In this document: piece after piece, positions 21,077-32,003 of the stretch
How positions within the stretch are numbered: position 1 is the first letter of the stretch
How the letters are laid out: each line of letters opens with the position of its first letter
Origin: an uncultured cyanobacterium
GTDB taxonomy: Bacteria > Cyanobacteriota > Cyanobacteriia > CAKZMO01
Direction: 5' to 3'
Assembly: GCA_963719515.1 (NCBI GenBank)
Contig: CAVRCJ010000001.1
Location: 128,001 to 192,000 of the forward strand
DNA: 64,000 nucleotides
Notes under the pieces: generated by a model
Seen by the model: the letters and a program-made list of their open reading frames with translations, nothing else
What the model was told of the DNA's origin: nothing
Database searches by the model: none
Program-made: the position numbers and the translations under genes

Positions 21077-23453
21077 CTAGTAATGCCCGGAACGCGGCCT
21101 GCCAACATCAGCCGACCAGTTGCCAGAGCCAACGCCAAACTGGCCCGATTCAAACCACTCAGATTTCAGCAGCGACCACCAGTCGGCGGTGAGTCCTGCC
21201 AAGACATAGTCGTAGGGAAGCCAGCCGTAGCCACCCTTACCCCATTCAGCGCCCCAAGAGTTACGAATCAGAATCGCCCCTTGGGACCGTTTGCCATCGG
21301 CGTTCTCCACAATGTAGCTATCGTCGTAGCCCACAGCAACAACGGCATGCCCACCTTCCATCTGGTCGACCTCGTCGGGGTAGGGGATGTGCCCCTGGTC
21401 TTCATTGTCCTCGTGGTAAGCGGAGGTGTACAGCGTGAAGCCAAACATGCAAGGGAACCCTGCAGCCAGCACCGCTTTTGCTTGAATGAGTAGTTCGTCT
21501 TCAGCAATGCCGGCATAGTCTAGGCGGAAGTATTTAAGGGCCTGATAGTTTTGGGCAAAGGAGTAGCAAAACGGCGTCGGCTCTTCGTCGTAGCGTTCTT
21601 CGTCGTAGGGCCAGTGATCCTCTGGCGGAATGCCAAACAGCACCATGGCTTTCATGGTTTCTCGCACGGAGGCCCCTGAGTCTCCCTGGCGCTGCATTAG
21701 GTTTCGCGCCGTTTTGTAGAGAAACAATGGCGAGACGTCAGTGTATTTGCCAAAGGATCGCTTGGCGAAGTACTCGGTGAGGGCAACCCCAGCGTGGGCG
21801 GTGCAGGAGTTGAGGGAGCCCTGATCTTCAACATCTGAGCACCATAGGCTCAAGTCGACAAATTCTGGCAACCGTAAATAAAATCTTTTGCGCTGACCCT
21901 CAACTACCTTAGGCTGATTCGCGTAGTGAGCTTGAATTTGCTTATGCAGACTCCAGTTGATAGGAATTTTTAGATCAAAGTCGAGATCAAAGTAATCGGT
22001 TTTTCTATCTTGAGCCGCAATAACTTCTAGCAATGGCGCTGCCAAAGCAGATTTGGGAGAGTCTAGTTCGGATTCGGGCTGCTCTTCTGATAGTCCATGT
22101 TGATCGACAATGCTCTGGAACTTCTCCTTGACCCAAGAGTCAGGCTGAGACTTCAGTTGCTTATGAACCTCTTGGACAGCGACCAACGCCATACTCTTTA
22201 GGCGTAGACTGTTGTCGTCGCCCGTCTGCGGTGCCGATACGCTATTATCATCGGTAACTAAAGCCTTAAAGGCGTCTATTCCAACGGCAGCTGCCTTTCT
22301 ATAGTTTGCATGCTGACCCAGAGGTAAGATAAGCCGCACGATCGCTTCGACAATAGGCTGCAAGAGCTGGGTTAGCTCTTGTTGCACGGCGATCGCCACC
22401 TCTGAAGCCACAATATCATGATAATCTTCCTTCTCTGCATAGTGATCAAATGATGCTAGATCCCAACTGATACCATCTTCGTGTGCAATTTCCTCTGGGG
22501 ATCTCGGCTGGGATATACCTTTATTCTGTGCAAAAGCATCAATTGCTTGACCAATCTCTTCCCGACTAAGCTCCTCTGGCTTAGCAGAAAATTTTTGTGC
22601 GCTTGGAACTGGCCACAGCACCAAAAGCTGCTCCCTTAATCGTTTTTCACCCTCTTTCCTTTGCCGAATAACATAGTCGGAGTAGTCGTCTTCGCTCATA
22701 CCGTAGGGAACAACTTGATACTCTGACCATGTGACTGGCTTCACGAGCTGGTCGATGGATTCTGCATCACGTTTAGGAATGAGGCTGGTGAAAATATGGG
22801 CAGATAAACCGTCTGGCGCTATCGGTTGGATAGACTCTTCTACTCCAAACACAGTAGTGTGAAATGGTTCGGACGTCGATTGACCGGGATTTTCTCGAAT
22901 ATATTTAGCTCACCGAAGCGCGTCCATCGTTTGTATATCGACAACGCTGTCGCCAGTAAGACCTTGACTGTCTTTAAAGTGCTTGACCAGCTTTGCTGTC
23001 AACTCATCAAAAAAGGGGTCTAGCGAACAGCCGTTCTTGCCGCCTATTTCTTGCAAATCAAAATACAGTTTCTGCAGACATTGCTTTATTTCTAGGATTT
23101 CCCGCCCGCTCATTCCCGGCGTGAAGCTTTTAAGAACACCGACGGATACAAAGCGGATTCCGCCACCAGCCTTCTCGTCTAGCTGCTCAGCTAAACGTTC
23201 TAACTTCGTCTAGTGATTCTCTATCGTTATCAGCAGTTGCTTCATCACCACCGGTAGCATCCGTTTGGACGGCGCTCTTCTCCGCCGTCAACAGCTTTAG
23301 CGCCTGAGAAACCTGCTTCGTCAAGTCCTCCACAGCACCCATAGACCGCTCCGTTTGCACCTGCCCCGCCAGCGCCTGAATCTCGGCGTGATTCAGCGTG
23401 TAGTCCTTAACATCAGGGAAATCGGGTACCCAGCCGGTTCCTTTCCTATCCAT
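21077..23453 (-). pseudogene. Papain-like (C1) cysteine peptidase with a peptidoglycan-binding-like insert; interrupted by a +1 frameshift (~23187-23210) and an in-frame TGA (22910-22912); catalytic ORF 21077..22852 intact
   Basis: N-terminal GTGWVPDFPDVKDY; PG-binding-like PGMSGREILEIKQCL...FDELTAKLVKHFKDSQGL.GDSVVDIQTMDAL; catalytic DQGSLNSC, GGHAV, IRNSWG. ORFs 22910..23113 and 21077..22852 share a frame with no other stop between them. Confidence 0.8.
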
Positions 23454-23527
23454 GGTGCATCCTGTAGTGGCGATGATATATCCCTTAAATTTACCGCCTT
23501 TTTCCCCAACGAGTTAAATTTTTCATT

Positions 23528-26500
23528 TTATGGCACATCTGCGATCGCAATCCCTTGGCAGAGGCCGTTAGGCGCGTTAGGATTTGTGCCCAAATAGTTC
23601 TCAATCCATCCGCAGCCGTAGGCTAACAAACCATCTAGCGTGAAGTTCTCCATAGTCCACATTAGAATTTGCCCATCGGAACTAACCGAAACCAGCGTCG
23701 CACCATCCGGGCTAAATCGCAGATTATCCACTGGTGCTTTGTGGCCATTGAGCGTCGCAATTAAGAGGCCATCCGAGTGCCATAACTTAACCGTATTGTC
23801 ATCGCTAGCGGTTGCAATCAGCTGCCCATCGGGGCTAAAGCTAGCGCTCCATACCCCAGCATTGTGGGACTCCAGAGCCGCAATTTCATCTCCGTCAGCG
23901 GTCCACAGTTTGACCGTGTTGTCTTCGCTGGTGGTGGCGATCGCCCCGTCCGCGCTGAAGGTAACCGAGTACACCGGCCCATCATGCCCCGTAAGCACCT
24001 GTCGCTGCATGCCATCGATGCTCCACAGCTTAGCGGTATTGTCTTCGCCGGCAGTTGCGATGGTCTGCCCGTCAGGGCTAAAGCTGATGCTGTTTGCGCC
24101 CCCCTCGTGGGCCTCTAGAGTCCGCATGAGACGCCCATCCTGGTTCCAGAGCTTGGCGGTTTGGTCAAAGCTCACCGTACCAACGGTTTGCCCGTCAAAG
24201 CTAAACTGAGCGCTAATGACCACGTCCTCATGACCTGATAGGGTAGCGATCGCCTGGCCATCCCGTTGCCAAATTCTCGCCGTTTTGTCAGCGCTGGCTG
24301 TTAAAATTCGCTGTCCGTCCGGGCTGAAGCGAACGCTATTAACGCCGTCTAAATGCCCTGTTATCGTTTGGAGTAAATTGCCCTCTTGGTCCCACAGCTT
24401 GACAGTGCTATCTTCACCCGCAGTGGCAATCACCTGGCCATCGGGGCTAATATCTATCCCATAAATTGCGCCGTCGTGGGCATTTTCAACGGACGTCAGT
24501 AGCGGGGAGTCGAGCTGCCAGAGCTTTACCGTCTTATCGAGACCGGCAGACGCAAGCACCCGCCCGTCGGGGCTGAAGCCAACATCGGACACCCGGCCAC
24601 GGTGCCCCCGAAGCGTCGCAATCGTATCCCCACCGCTATTCCACAGCTTCACGGTCTCGTCCTCGCTAGCCGTCGCGATGGTTTTACCATCGGGGCTAAA
24701 CTGGACGCTGCTAATCAGCTCCTGATGCTGTAGAACCTGCCGTTTGATGCGTTGAGTAACGTCCCATAAAATAGCGCTTTGGTCGAGGCCTGATGACGCC
24801 AAAATAGCGCCGTCTGGGCTAAAGCCAACGTCAAACACAGCGTCTTGGTGGCCGACGAACGTATGTAGGAGCTGCCCATCCAAGGTCCACAGCTTTACGG
24901 TGTTGTCGAAGCTGGCGGTGGCGATGGTTTGACCGCCAGGGCTAAAGCTAACCCCAGTGACTCGGGCCTCATGCCCCTGGAGAACGGTGAGCAAATTCCC
25001 TGATTTGGACCAAAGCCATGCTGTACCGCTCGTCCCCAGCAGCAGCCAGCAGCAGCCCGTTGGGGCTAAAGGCCACGTCGTTGAGCGGCTCGTCGGCGTC
25101 GGTGAAGGTCATAACCTCATCTCCCGCCGGTGTCCACAGCTTTACCGTTTTGTCGTTGCTCGCAGAGGCCAACAGATCCCCGTTAGGGCTCACGCTCACG
25201 CTTTTGACAAAGTCCGAATGGCCTGCCAATGTCTGGAGTAATTGACCATCCCGTCCCCAGAGCTTGACGGTACTGTCATAGCTGGCTGTCGCAATCAAGC
25301 TGCTATCAGGGCTAAAGCTCACGGCCCGCACATAGTCGCCGTGGCCTTCTAGGCGATCGCGCTCTTTCACCCAATAATTCGCCTGGGCTAGCGCCGTCAT
25401 CACCTTGGCCCGCAGGGCAGGGTCGTGCTTCAGCAAAATCGTTCGCTGTAGGCGCGTGCCCGCCTCCAAAGCCTGCAGCAAGGCATCAAAAGTATCTGGG
25501 TTGACGGTAAACGAGGCCTGGGAGGCCTGAGTCAATGCCTCAATTTCACTTTTGACGGCGCTGTAGGTCTGCTTGAGGGCAAAAGCTCCTGTCCCCAAAG
25601 CCACCACCAGAGCGACGCTGACGGCCCTCAGCAAAACTTTTAGGCGCTGCTGCTGCCGCTCTTCCCGCCGCTCTTGGGCCTCGATCACGTCCTTACTGAC
25701 GTAGATATAGTCCTGATGCAGGCTGGTGGGGGCGGGCTGCTTCTTTTGGGTGGAAGAGGCTTGGAACCAGTCTTGAGCGATTGCAAACTCGCTGCCCCGC
25801 AGCAGCAGGTCTTCGCTGCGATTCTTCTGCTCCCACTCGATGGCCCGCTGCGCCCACTTGGTGTGGTGATGCACGTGCTCGCGGTCTGTATCCAAGGCGC
25901 GCGCGAGCGGGTTAAAGCAGTCGCCAAAACTGCCTTGGCGGGTGAAATCAATCCACTGCACCTTAGCCAGCTGCGGATGAAGATCGCCGGGCTGCACCGG
26001 GCGGTGGAGTACCGTAATCAGCCGCTTATTGAGCTTAGCGGCGTATTCCACCTCGTCGGCGCAGTAAGAAGAGGCCACCGACTGGGGCGACAAGATAAAT
26101 AGAAAGTTGTCGCAGGCGGCAATGCCCTGGTAGATTTCCTGCTGGAAGTCAGCGCTAGCAACAGCGATGCTCTCTTGGTCAAACCAGGTGAGCTTACCGT
26201 AGCCCTGTAGATTGTCGTTGAGCCGACGGGCGATGTCTGAATCTGAGCGAGAGTAGGAGATAAAGACATCCAGTGACTCTGCGGGGGGCTGCCGGAGACT
26301 CTCCTGAACAAACTCCTCCTGCAGGTCTGTAGGGCGGTGGGCCAGTCGCTTCTTCGCCGTTTTCAGCCAGGTTTCAAATTGCCGCAGGTTGTAGCCCCGC
26401 AGCAAAATGCTGGGGTTATGGTGCTGCCTTTGCCATTTGAGGGCTTTAGTGAGCAGCAGCTTGTGAGCCTGGTGATAGGCCTTATCCGTCTTGAGAATCC

Positions 26501-27590
26501 GCAGCAGCTGACTTTCGTCCAGCTGATAGTCTTCCTCCCGCTCGTTGTCTGTCAGATCGATGTACTGCAGGCCTCTAAGGCCCAGCGGCTGACTGCTCGG
26601 CTCAGTAGGGCGCACCAGAATCGGCACAATGCGTTTACGAAGTGCGATCGCGTAGTCTAGCTCGTGCTGACAGAAGGTCGACCGCGTCGACTCTGGCGAC
26701 AGCAGATAGACCACGTTGTCAGCCTGCTCAACGCCCTGGTCGATGGCCTGCTGAAACGCCTCTCCAGTCTGAATGTCGTTAGCGCTGGTCCAAACGGTGA
26801 TTCCCTCACGCTGCAGCGATCGCTTCACCTTCTCCATTACGGCTCTGTCTGCTTCCGCATGGGCTAGAAACACCTGACTCATCAGGTTGCTGGCGTTCTT
26901 GATGCTCTCGGTGATGTACTCCCCATGCAGGTCGGTGGGGGTGCAGGGGGGCTGCTCGTCTTTGAAGCGGATTTTGAGCCAGGCTTCGGCGCGCTCCCTC
27001 GCCTCGCCCACCAGCAAAAACTGCGACTGCCGCTGCTGCGACCACTGCAGCGCCTGGAGCAGCAGCTGGGTATGGGTGTAGACGTAGTCGCGGTGCCGCT
27101 CGAAAATCGCCGCTATTCCCGCAAAAGCGGCTGAGACATCGTCCTCGCCTTCTCGCCCATAGATCCAGTTGAGCTTGCCTAAGATAGGGTGCAGCCGGGG
27201 GTTGCGCACATCGCCAAACTGCAGCTTTTGCGCCTGATAGTCGGCCCAATCCTCAGGGGTACCGAAGGGGCTGCGCTGCTGCCAAGTGCTGCGGCTGACT
27301 TCGTCGACATGCAGGAGGGGAATGACGCGCTTGTGCCTGGCGATCGCCCGCTCCACCTCTAGGCGGCAGTAGGCAGAATTCACCGCGTGGGGCGACATCA
27401 CAAAGATAAAGTTGTGCGATCGCTCTAGATCGGCGTCAATCTGCTTTTGATAGTCGACGCCTAGGGGAATGTCGTTCAGGTCGAGCCAGACGCGGTAGCC
27501 CTGGGCCGTGAGAAACTGGCAGAGCTTAGCGGCAAACGCTTTGCTGTCGGCGCGACCATAGGAGATAAAGGCGTCGTAGAGCTGAGGCAT
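23528..27590 (-). pseudogene. Triple-TIR + TM + WD40 repeat protein split by a +1 frameshift at ~25029 (pseudogene or assembly error)
   Basis: TIR starts YDAFISYGRAD, QVFLAHAEAD, DVFISYSRSD; hydrophobic helix; WD40 repeats. Removing one base restores AGDDGTAWLWSKSGNLLTVLQGH and a 1353-aa frame. Confidence 0.85.
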
Positions 27591-27669
27591 AGTGAACGCA
27601 CCCTGAACTGAGGCAATAGCAGGCCTTAGCCGCCTTGCTTGCCTAAAAATAATCTACCACGGAAAAAAG

Positions 27670-27888
27670 TTATCCTCCCCCCACGATGGTGACGATTTCT
27701 AGGCGATCGCCCTCCTGAAGCGAGGTCGTCTCCCAGTACTGACGGTGTAGAATCTCGCCGTTGTACTCCACCGCCACTAGACGAGGGTTGAGACCAATTG
27801 AGGTCAGCAGCTCGGGCACAGAGAGGTCGGGGAAGCAGGTTTGAGATTTCCCGTTAACCTGAATTTGAATAGAGTTTGGAGTTGCCAT
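27670..27888 (-). CDS. thiS: Sulfur carrier protein ThiS
   Basis: IQVNG...VAVEYNGEIL...GDRLEIVTIVGGG C-terminus; start placed at MATPN. Confidence 0.93.
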   Translation of the reverse strand: MATPNSIQIQVNGKSQTCFPDLSVPELLTSIGLNPRLVAVEYNGEILHRQYWETTSLQEGDRLEIVTIVGGG

Positions 27889-28002
27889 AGCGTTGCAGTG
27901 ATCCACGCACAAAATAAACGCCAGAGCACAGAGGCCCCAGCGTTTAAACAGCGTACTTCAAGGAGTCATGACTTTTAAGAACATGCCTCTACGTAGGGGA
28001 CG

Positions 28003-28776
28003 CTACCACAGCCCGCGCACCGGCTGCGCTGCCGAGGGCTCGGGGCGGGAGGAGCGAGCTTCTGGTTCCGGCGCTGGCTCTGGGGCGGGCGTAGGTTCTG
28101 ACATCGGAGCAGGTTCTGGAGCCGGCTCTGTAACTGCCGTCTCTTCTAGAAGTGCTTGAACCTCGGGCAGCGCCGATTGTGGAACCAGCACCGCGTCGAT
28201 GACGTGAATAATTCCGTTGCTCGCCTGGACATCGGGCTGAACCACCGTTGCGCTGTCGACCGTGATCACATCCCCGACCTCTGCCGTTAGCTCATCTTCC
28301 GACAGCGTAGACACAGGGCCGGAGGTGACAGCCGTTGAGGGCACTTCACCGTCAACGACGTGGTACGTCAAAATATCTACCAGCAGGCCGCGGTTCTCAG
28401 GCTGAAGCAGCGCCTCGACGACGCCGTCGGGCAGTTGCGCAAACGCATCGTCGGTGGGGGCAAACACGGTGAAGGGTCCGGGACCAGAGAGGGTGTCTAC
28501 AAGTTCAGCCGTTTGCAGCGCTTGAACAAGGGTGTCGAAGGCGTCGCTGCTGGCGGCTAGCTCCACAAGGGTTGGCGGCTCTGACTCTGGCGATTCAGCT
28601 TGGGCTAACTCTTGTGATGCTGGAAGCGGGAAACGCTGGGCGTTTGCCTGCTCACTTGGAAAAATCAATGCTGTTCCGCCAAGGAAAATACCACCCAGAA
28701 GCCAAAGTTTGTGTGCAAAAAGAGACATAAGTTTAGGGCTTGCTTTAAAGATTTCATGAACAACTGCTCGTAGCAT
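28003..28776 (-). CDS. Fasciclin (FAS1) domain protein with Pro/Glu-rich tail
   Basis: GPFTVFAPTDDAF, ILTYHVV, ASNGIIHVIDAVL; signal-like N-terminus; true start may be the downstream MSLF. Confidence 0.9.
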   Translation of the reverse strand: MLRAVVHEIFKASPKLMSLFAHKLWLLGGIFLGGTALIFPSEQANAQRFPLPASQELAQAESPESEPPTLVELAASSDAFDTLVQALQTAELVDTLSGPGPFTVFAPTDDAFAQLPDGVVEALLQPENRGLLVDILTYHVVDGEVPSTAVTSGPVSTLSEDELTAEVGDVITVDSATVVQPDVQASNGIIHVIDAVLVPQSALPEVQALLEETAVTEPAPEPAPMSEPTPAPEPAPEPEARSSRPEPSAAQPVRGLW

Positions 28777-28812
28777 AGTCGTTAAGCCTTCACGTTAAGT
28801 TCCGAATTCTGT

Positions 28813-30927
28813 CTAATTCTCCAAATCTGACCAATGGCGAATCAGCTCCGCAACTGACCACGCCAGGGCGATCGCTCCTTGAGGGCTGTGGGGCGGGTCG
28901 CCATCAAACAGCTCTGAAATCGAGCCGATGCAGCCGTCGTGGTCGAAGTGCTGGAGCAGCAGATCTAAGCTCAGCGGCAGGGGATCGTTGGGAAAGAAGC
29001 GCTGCCACCCCCGGATAAAGGGCCCGAGCAGCCAGGTCCAGGCGCTGCCCTGGTGGTAGGCCAGGTCCCGGTGGGCGACGTTCCCGGCGTATTGGCCCAC
29101 GTAGTCCGTCTCTGCTGGGTCTAGCGATCGCAGGCCGTAGGGAGTCAAAAGGCGATCGCGGGCCAATAGCAGCGCGGCTCGCCCGTGGTGGGGCGAGAAG
29201 CTGCAGTGGGAGAGGGAGAGGGCCACGATAGCGTTGGGTCGGATGCGATCGTCGGGGCGATCATCAGGGCCGATAACGTCGTAGAAATAGCCCCGGCGGG
29301 GATTCCAATATTTCTGCAGCGAATTGCTGACCTGGTCGGCCTGCTGTTGGTAGCGGCGAGCCTGTCGGTCTATTCCAGGAATATCGGCGTTAATTTTTAG
29401 CCACGACGTCCAGCGGCTGGCCCAGCGCAGGCTGGAGTACCATAGAGCGTTGATCTCGATTGGTTTTCCCCGGCGGGGCGTTACCGGCTGGTTTTGAACG
29501 ACCGCATCCATCCAGGTGAGGGCGAAATGGGGGGTGTCCCACGTTAAGAGTCCATCCACCGCATCGACGCGGATATTGTGCAGCGTGCCGATGGTTAGCG
29601 CCTTGTAGATTTTCTGTACGGTGGGGTACTGCTCTATCAAAAAGTCCCAGTCTCGGGTGGTTTCTAGGTAAAGCCCTAGGGTTTCAATCCACCAGAGGGA
29701 GGCGTCGAGGCAGTTGTAGAACGGCTGACTGCCAACGTCGGGGAAGCTGTTGGGAATAAGACCGTATTCGCAGTAGCGGGCAAAGGTGCGCAGCAGGCCC
29801 TTTGCCAAGGTGAACCGTCCCGTGGTTAGGGCCAAGCCCGGTAGAGAAATCAGCGTATCTCGCCCCCAGTCGCTAAACCAGGGATAGCCCGCCAAAACCG
29901 TCGGCCCCGACACCGACTCGCGGTAGACGACAAATTGGTCGCCCGCTAGCAGGAGCTGCCGAAGGGCCGCTGCTTTAGAGAGCGCCTCCGGTTCGTCTGG
30001 GTCTGCCGGTCCTGGTTCCGAACGAGACGAGTTCACCGGGGGAGCCAGCGCTGACGACAGTGCCGGACTGCCCGAGGCCCGCATCCGCTCAATCTGCCGA
30101 TCCAGCCTGTGTCTCTCGGCGTGGAGAGCGTCATTAAAGCTGCGATCGCCGAGGGTCAAGGGGGACCCATTGCCTAAGCTGGCCTCCAGCGTCACGCTTT
30201 GCCCCGGCTCTAAAGGCACCGTTAAATAGCCGGGACTGTAAAGGTCTTCGCGATCGCTTAGCCCCCGCCGCGTCTCCTCAGGGTAGCAATAGTCCCAGTA
30301 CCATACCCCGTCTGGGGTGTAGTCCCCCGCCGTCCACTGCAGCGTCCAGGCGGTGCCTGCTTGCTGCGGACGAATGGCCTGCAGCAGCACCTGGCGATCG
30401 CCCGTAGTCTGCTCAAACTGCACCTCTTCATCACCAGACTGCTGATGGTGGAAGCCGCGATCGCCGATGATTGGCCGCAGTTTGAGCAGCGCTGCCGTCT
30501 CACCCTGGTAGTGATAGTGCAGGAGCAGGCGCTGGCGGGCTATGGCACCGCCTTCTTTAGGGCTGTCGTCTGTATCCGGTGGATCTAGCCAGGCATAGGG
30601 CATCAGCAGCTGCCGGGTGATCCGCCAGTTCTGGTCTCCCCAGATCCAGGTGGGGATAGGGTAGCGCTGAAACGACTGCAGCAGCTGATAGCCGGAGGGA
30701 CTGATGCTGCCGCTTCCCCAGTGGTTTGTGCTCAGGTCATACCAGCTGCTTTGGTAGTCCAGCGAAGCGTCAATGCCCGCCAGCAGCAGCTGCCGGCGGG
30801 TGGGCGGGTTTAGAGCCGCTACCATTAGCCCGTGATAGGTGCGGGTGCGAGCATCGCTGATGGTGCCACAGGCGAAGCTGCCCAATCCGTTGGTTAAGAG
30901 CCATTCTCTTTGATCTAGTTTATCCAT
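28813..30927 (-). CDS. Amylo-alpha-1,6-glucosidase (glycogen debranching enzyme family)
   Basis: EWLLTNGLG, RTYHGL, AGYPWFSDWGRDTLISLPGL, TWMDA, GKPIEINALWY, YHQG, ISELFD. Confidence 0.9.
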   Translation of the reverse strand: MDKLDQREWLLTNGLGSFACGTISDARTRTYHGLMVAALNPPTRRQLLLAGIDASLDYQSSWYDLSTNHWGSGSISPSGYQLLQSFQRYPIPTWIWGDQNWRITRQLLMPYAWLDPPDTDDSPKEGGAIARQRLLLHYHYQGETAALLKLRPIIGDRGFHHQQSGDEEVQFEQTTGDRQVLLQAIRPQQAGTAWTLQWTAGDYTPDGVWYWDYCYPEETRRGLSDREDLYSPGYLTVPLEPGQSVTLEASLGNGSPLTLGDRSFNDALHAERHRLDRQIERMRASGSPALSSALAPPVNSSRSEPGPADPDEPEALSKAAALRQLLLAGDQFVVYRESVSGPTVLAGYPWFSDWGRDTLISLPGLALTTGRFTLAKGLLRTFARYCEYGLIPNSFPDVGSQPFYNCLDASLWWIETLGLYLETTRDWDFLIEQYPTVQKIYKALTIGTLHNIRVDAVDGLLTWDTPHFALTWMDAVVQNQPVTPRRGKPIEINALWYSSLRWASRWTSWLKINADIPGIDRQARRYQQQADQVSNSLQKYWNPRRGYFYDVIGPDDRPDDRIRPNAIVALSLSHCSFSPHHGRAALLLARDRLLTPYGLRSLDPAETDYVGQYAGNVAHRDLAYHQGSAWTWLLGPFIRGWQRFFPNDPLPLSLDLLLQHFDHDGCIGSISELFDGDPPHSPQGAIALAWSVAELIRHWSDLEN

Positions 30928-31037
30928 CCACCGGGGGGAGCGCTGATGCCTCGTAAAATAAAAACTATACGCTAGTCACCATAATCTATGGCGTATCCAC
31001 CGCGTTTGCGCTGAGCGTCGATGCATTTCTCCAAATC

Positions 31038-32003
31038 ATGACCTTAACTCGATTCACTCGACGTCCGAAAGTCCCCTTAGCACCATGGCTCGTCCAAAGC
31101 CGTCAGGCGATCGCCCCGGCGACGGCACTTATCGCCATGGCGGTCCTGCTGGTAGGCGGGCCGCTAGAACTGCTGATGTCGCCCGCCGCCCTTGCGCAGT
31201 CTGCCCCGCCGTCATCCGAAGCAGCCCGCGAGGCGGGTAACCTGATCAATCAGGGGCTAGAGGCGATTCAGCAGGGCGATCTTGAGAGGGCAACCGCTGC
31301 CTTTCAGCAGGCGACCCAGACCGACCCCAGCTCTGCCGCCGCCTTCTACAACCTGGGGCTAGCCCTACGACAGCAGGGACAGCTCCAGCAAAGCGCCAAT
31401 GCCTTTTACCAGGCCACCCAGGCCGACCCCGCTTTCTCGGTGGCCTACGCCAATCTGGGGGCAACCCTGCTGGAGGGCAGTCAGTTTGACCAAGCGAAAG
31501 GGTACCTGCAGCGGGCGATCGCCCTAGACGACGAGCTGGGGCTAGCCCACTACAACTTGGGGCTGGTGTACCGGGGCCAGGGCGACCTTGACGCGGCGCT
31601 GACGGCCTTCGACCGTGCCCACCAGCTCAGCGACAATGCCCCCGAGCCCGCCTATTACCAAGGTCAGATCTACCTACAGCGGCAGCAGCTTGGCCCGGCC
31701 ATTGCCGCCTTCGATCAGGCGATTGCCCGGCGACCTGACTACCCAGAAGCCCACTACAGTCGGGGGCTGGCGCTCTATCAGCAGCAGCAATTTCCTCAGG
31801 CCCTAGACGCCTTCCGGCGAACCACACAGGTCAATCCCGCCTACGCCAGCGCCTACTACAGCGCCGGGCTGATTTTTGCTCAGCAGCGGCAGTATGCCGA
31901 CGCCCGGCGGGTGTTGGACTATGCCCAAACCCTATTTGAGGCCCAGGGCAATGACCAGTGGGCCACCCAAACCGCGCAAATTCTAGACGATCTACCGCCG
32001 TAA
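31038..32003 (+). CDS. Tetratricopeptide repeat protein, probably exported
   Basis: Repeated AxYNLGxxL TPR units after a hydrophobic N-terminus. Confidence 0.85.
   Translation: MTLTRFTRRPKVPLAPWLVQSRQAIAPATALIAMAVLLVGGPLELLMSPAALAQSAPPSSEAAREAGNLINQGLEAIQQGDLERATAAFQQATQTDPSSAAAFYNLGLALRQQGQLQQSANAFYQATQADPAFSVAYANLGATLLEGSQFDQAKGYLQRAIALDDELGLAHYNLGLVYRGQGDLDAALTAFDRAHQLSDNAPEPAYYQGQIYLQRQQLGPAIAAFDQAIARRPDYPEAHYSRGLALYQQQQFPQALDAFRRTTQVNPAYASAYYSAGLIFAQQRQYADARRVLDYAQTLFEAQGNDQWATQTAQILDDLPP

Noticed and set aside
22910..22912. In-frame TGA as selenocysteine or programmed readthrough
   Set aside because: Not at a catalytic Cys position, no evident SECIS-like hairpin, and the same gene also has a frameshift.
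21077..27888. ThiS + papain-fold protease + TIR as a ubiquitin-like conjugation system
   Set aside because: No E1/E2/JAB genes nearby; ThiS looks like the ordinary thiamine sulfur carrier and the protease is C1-type.
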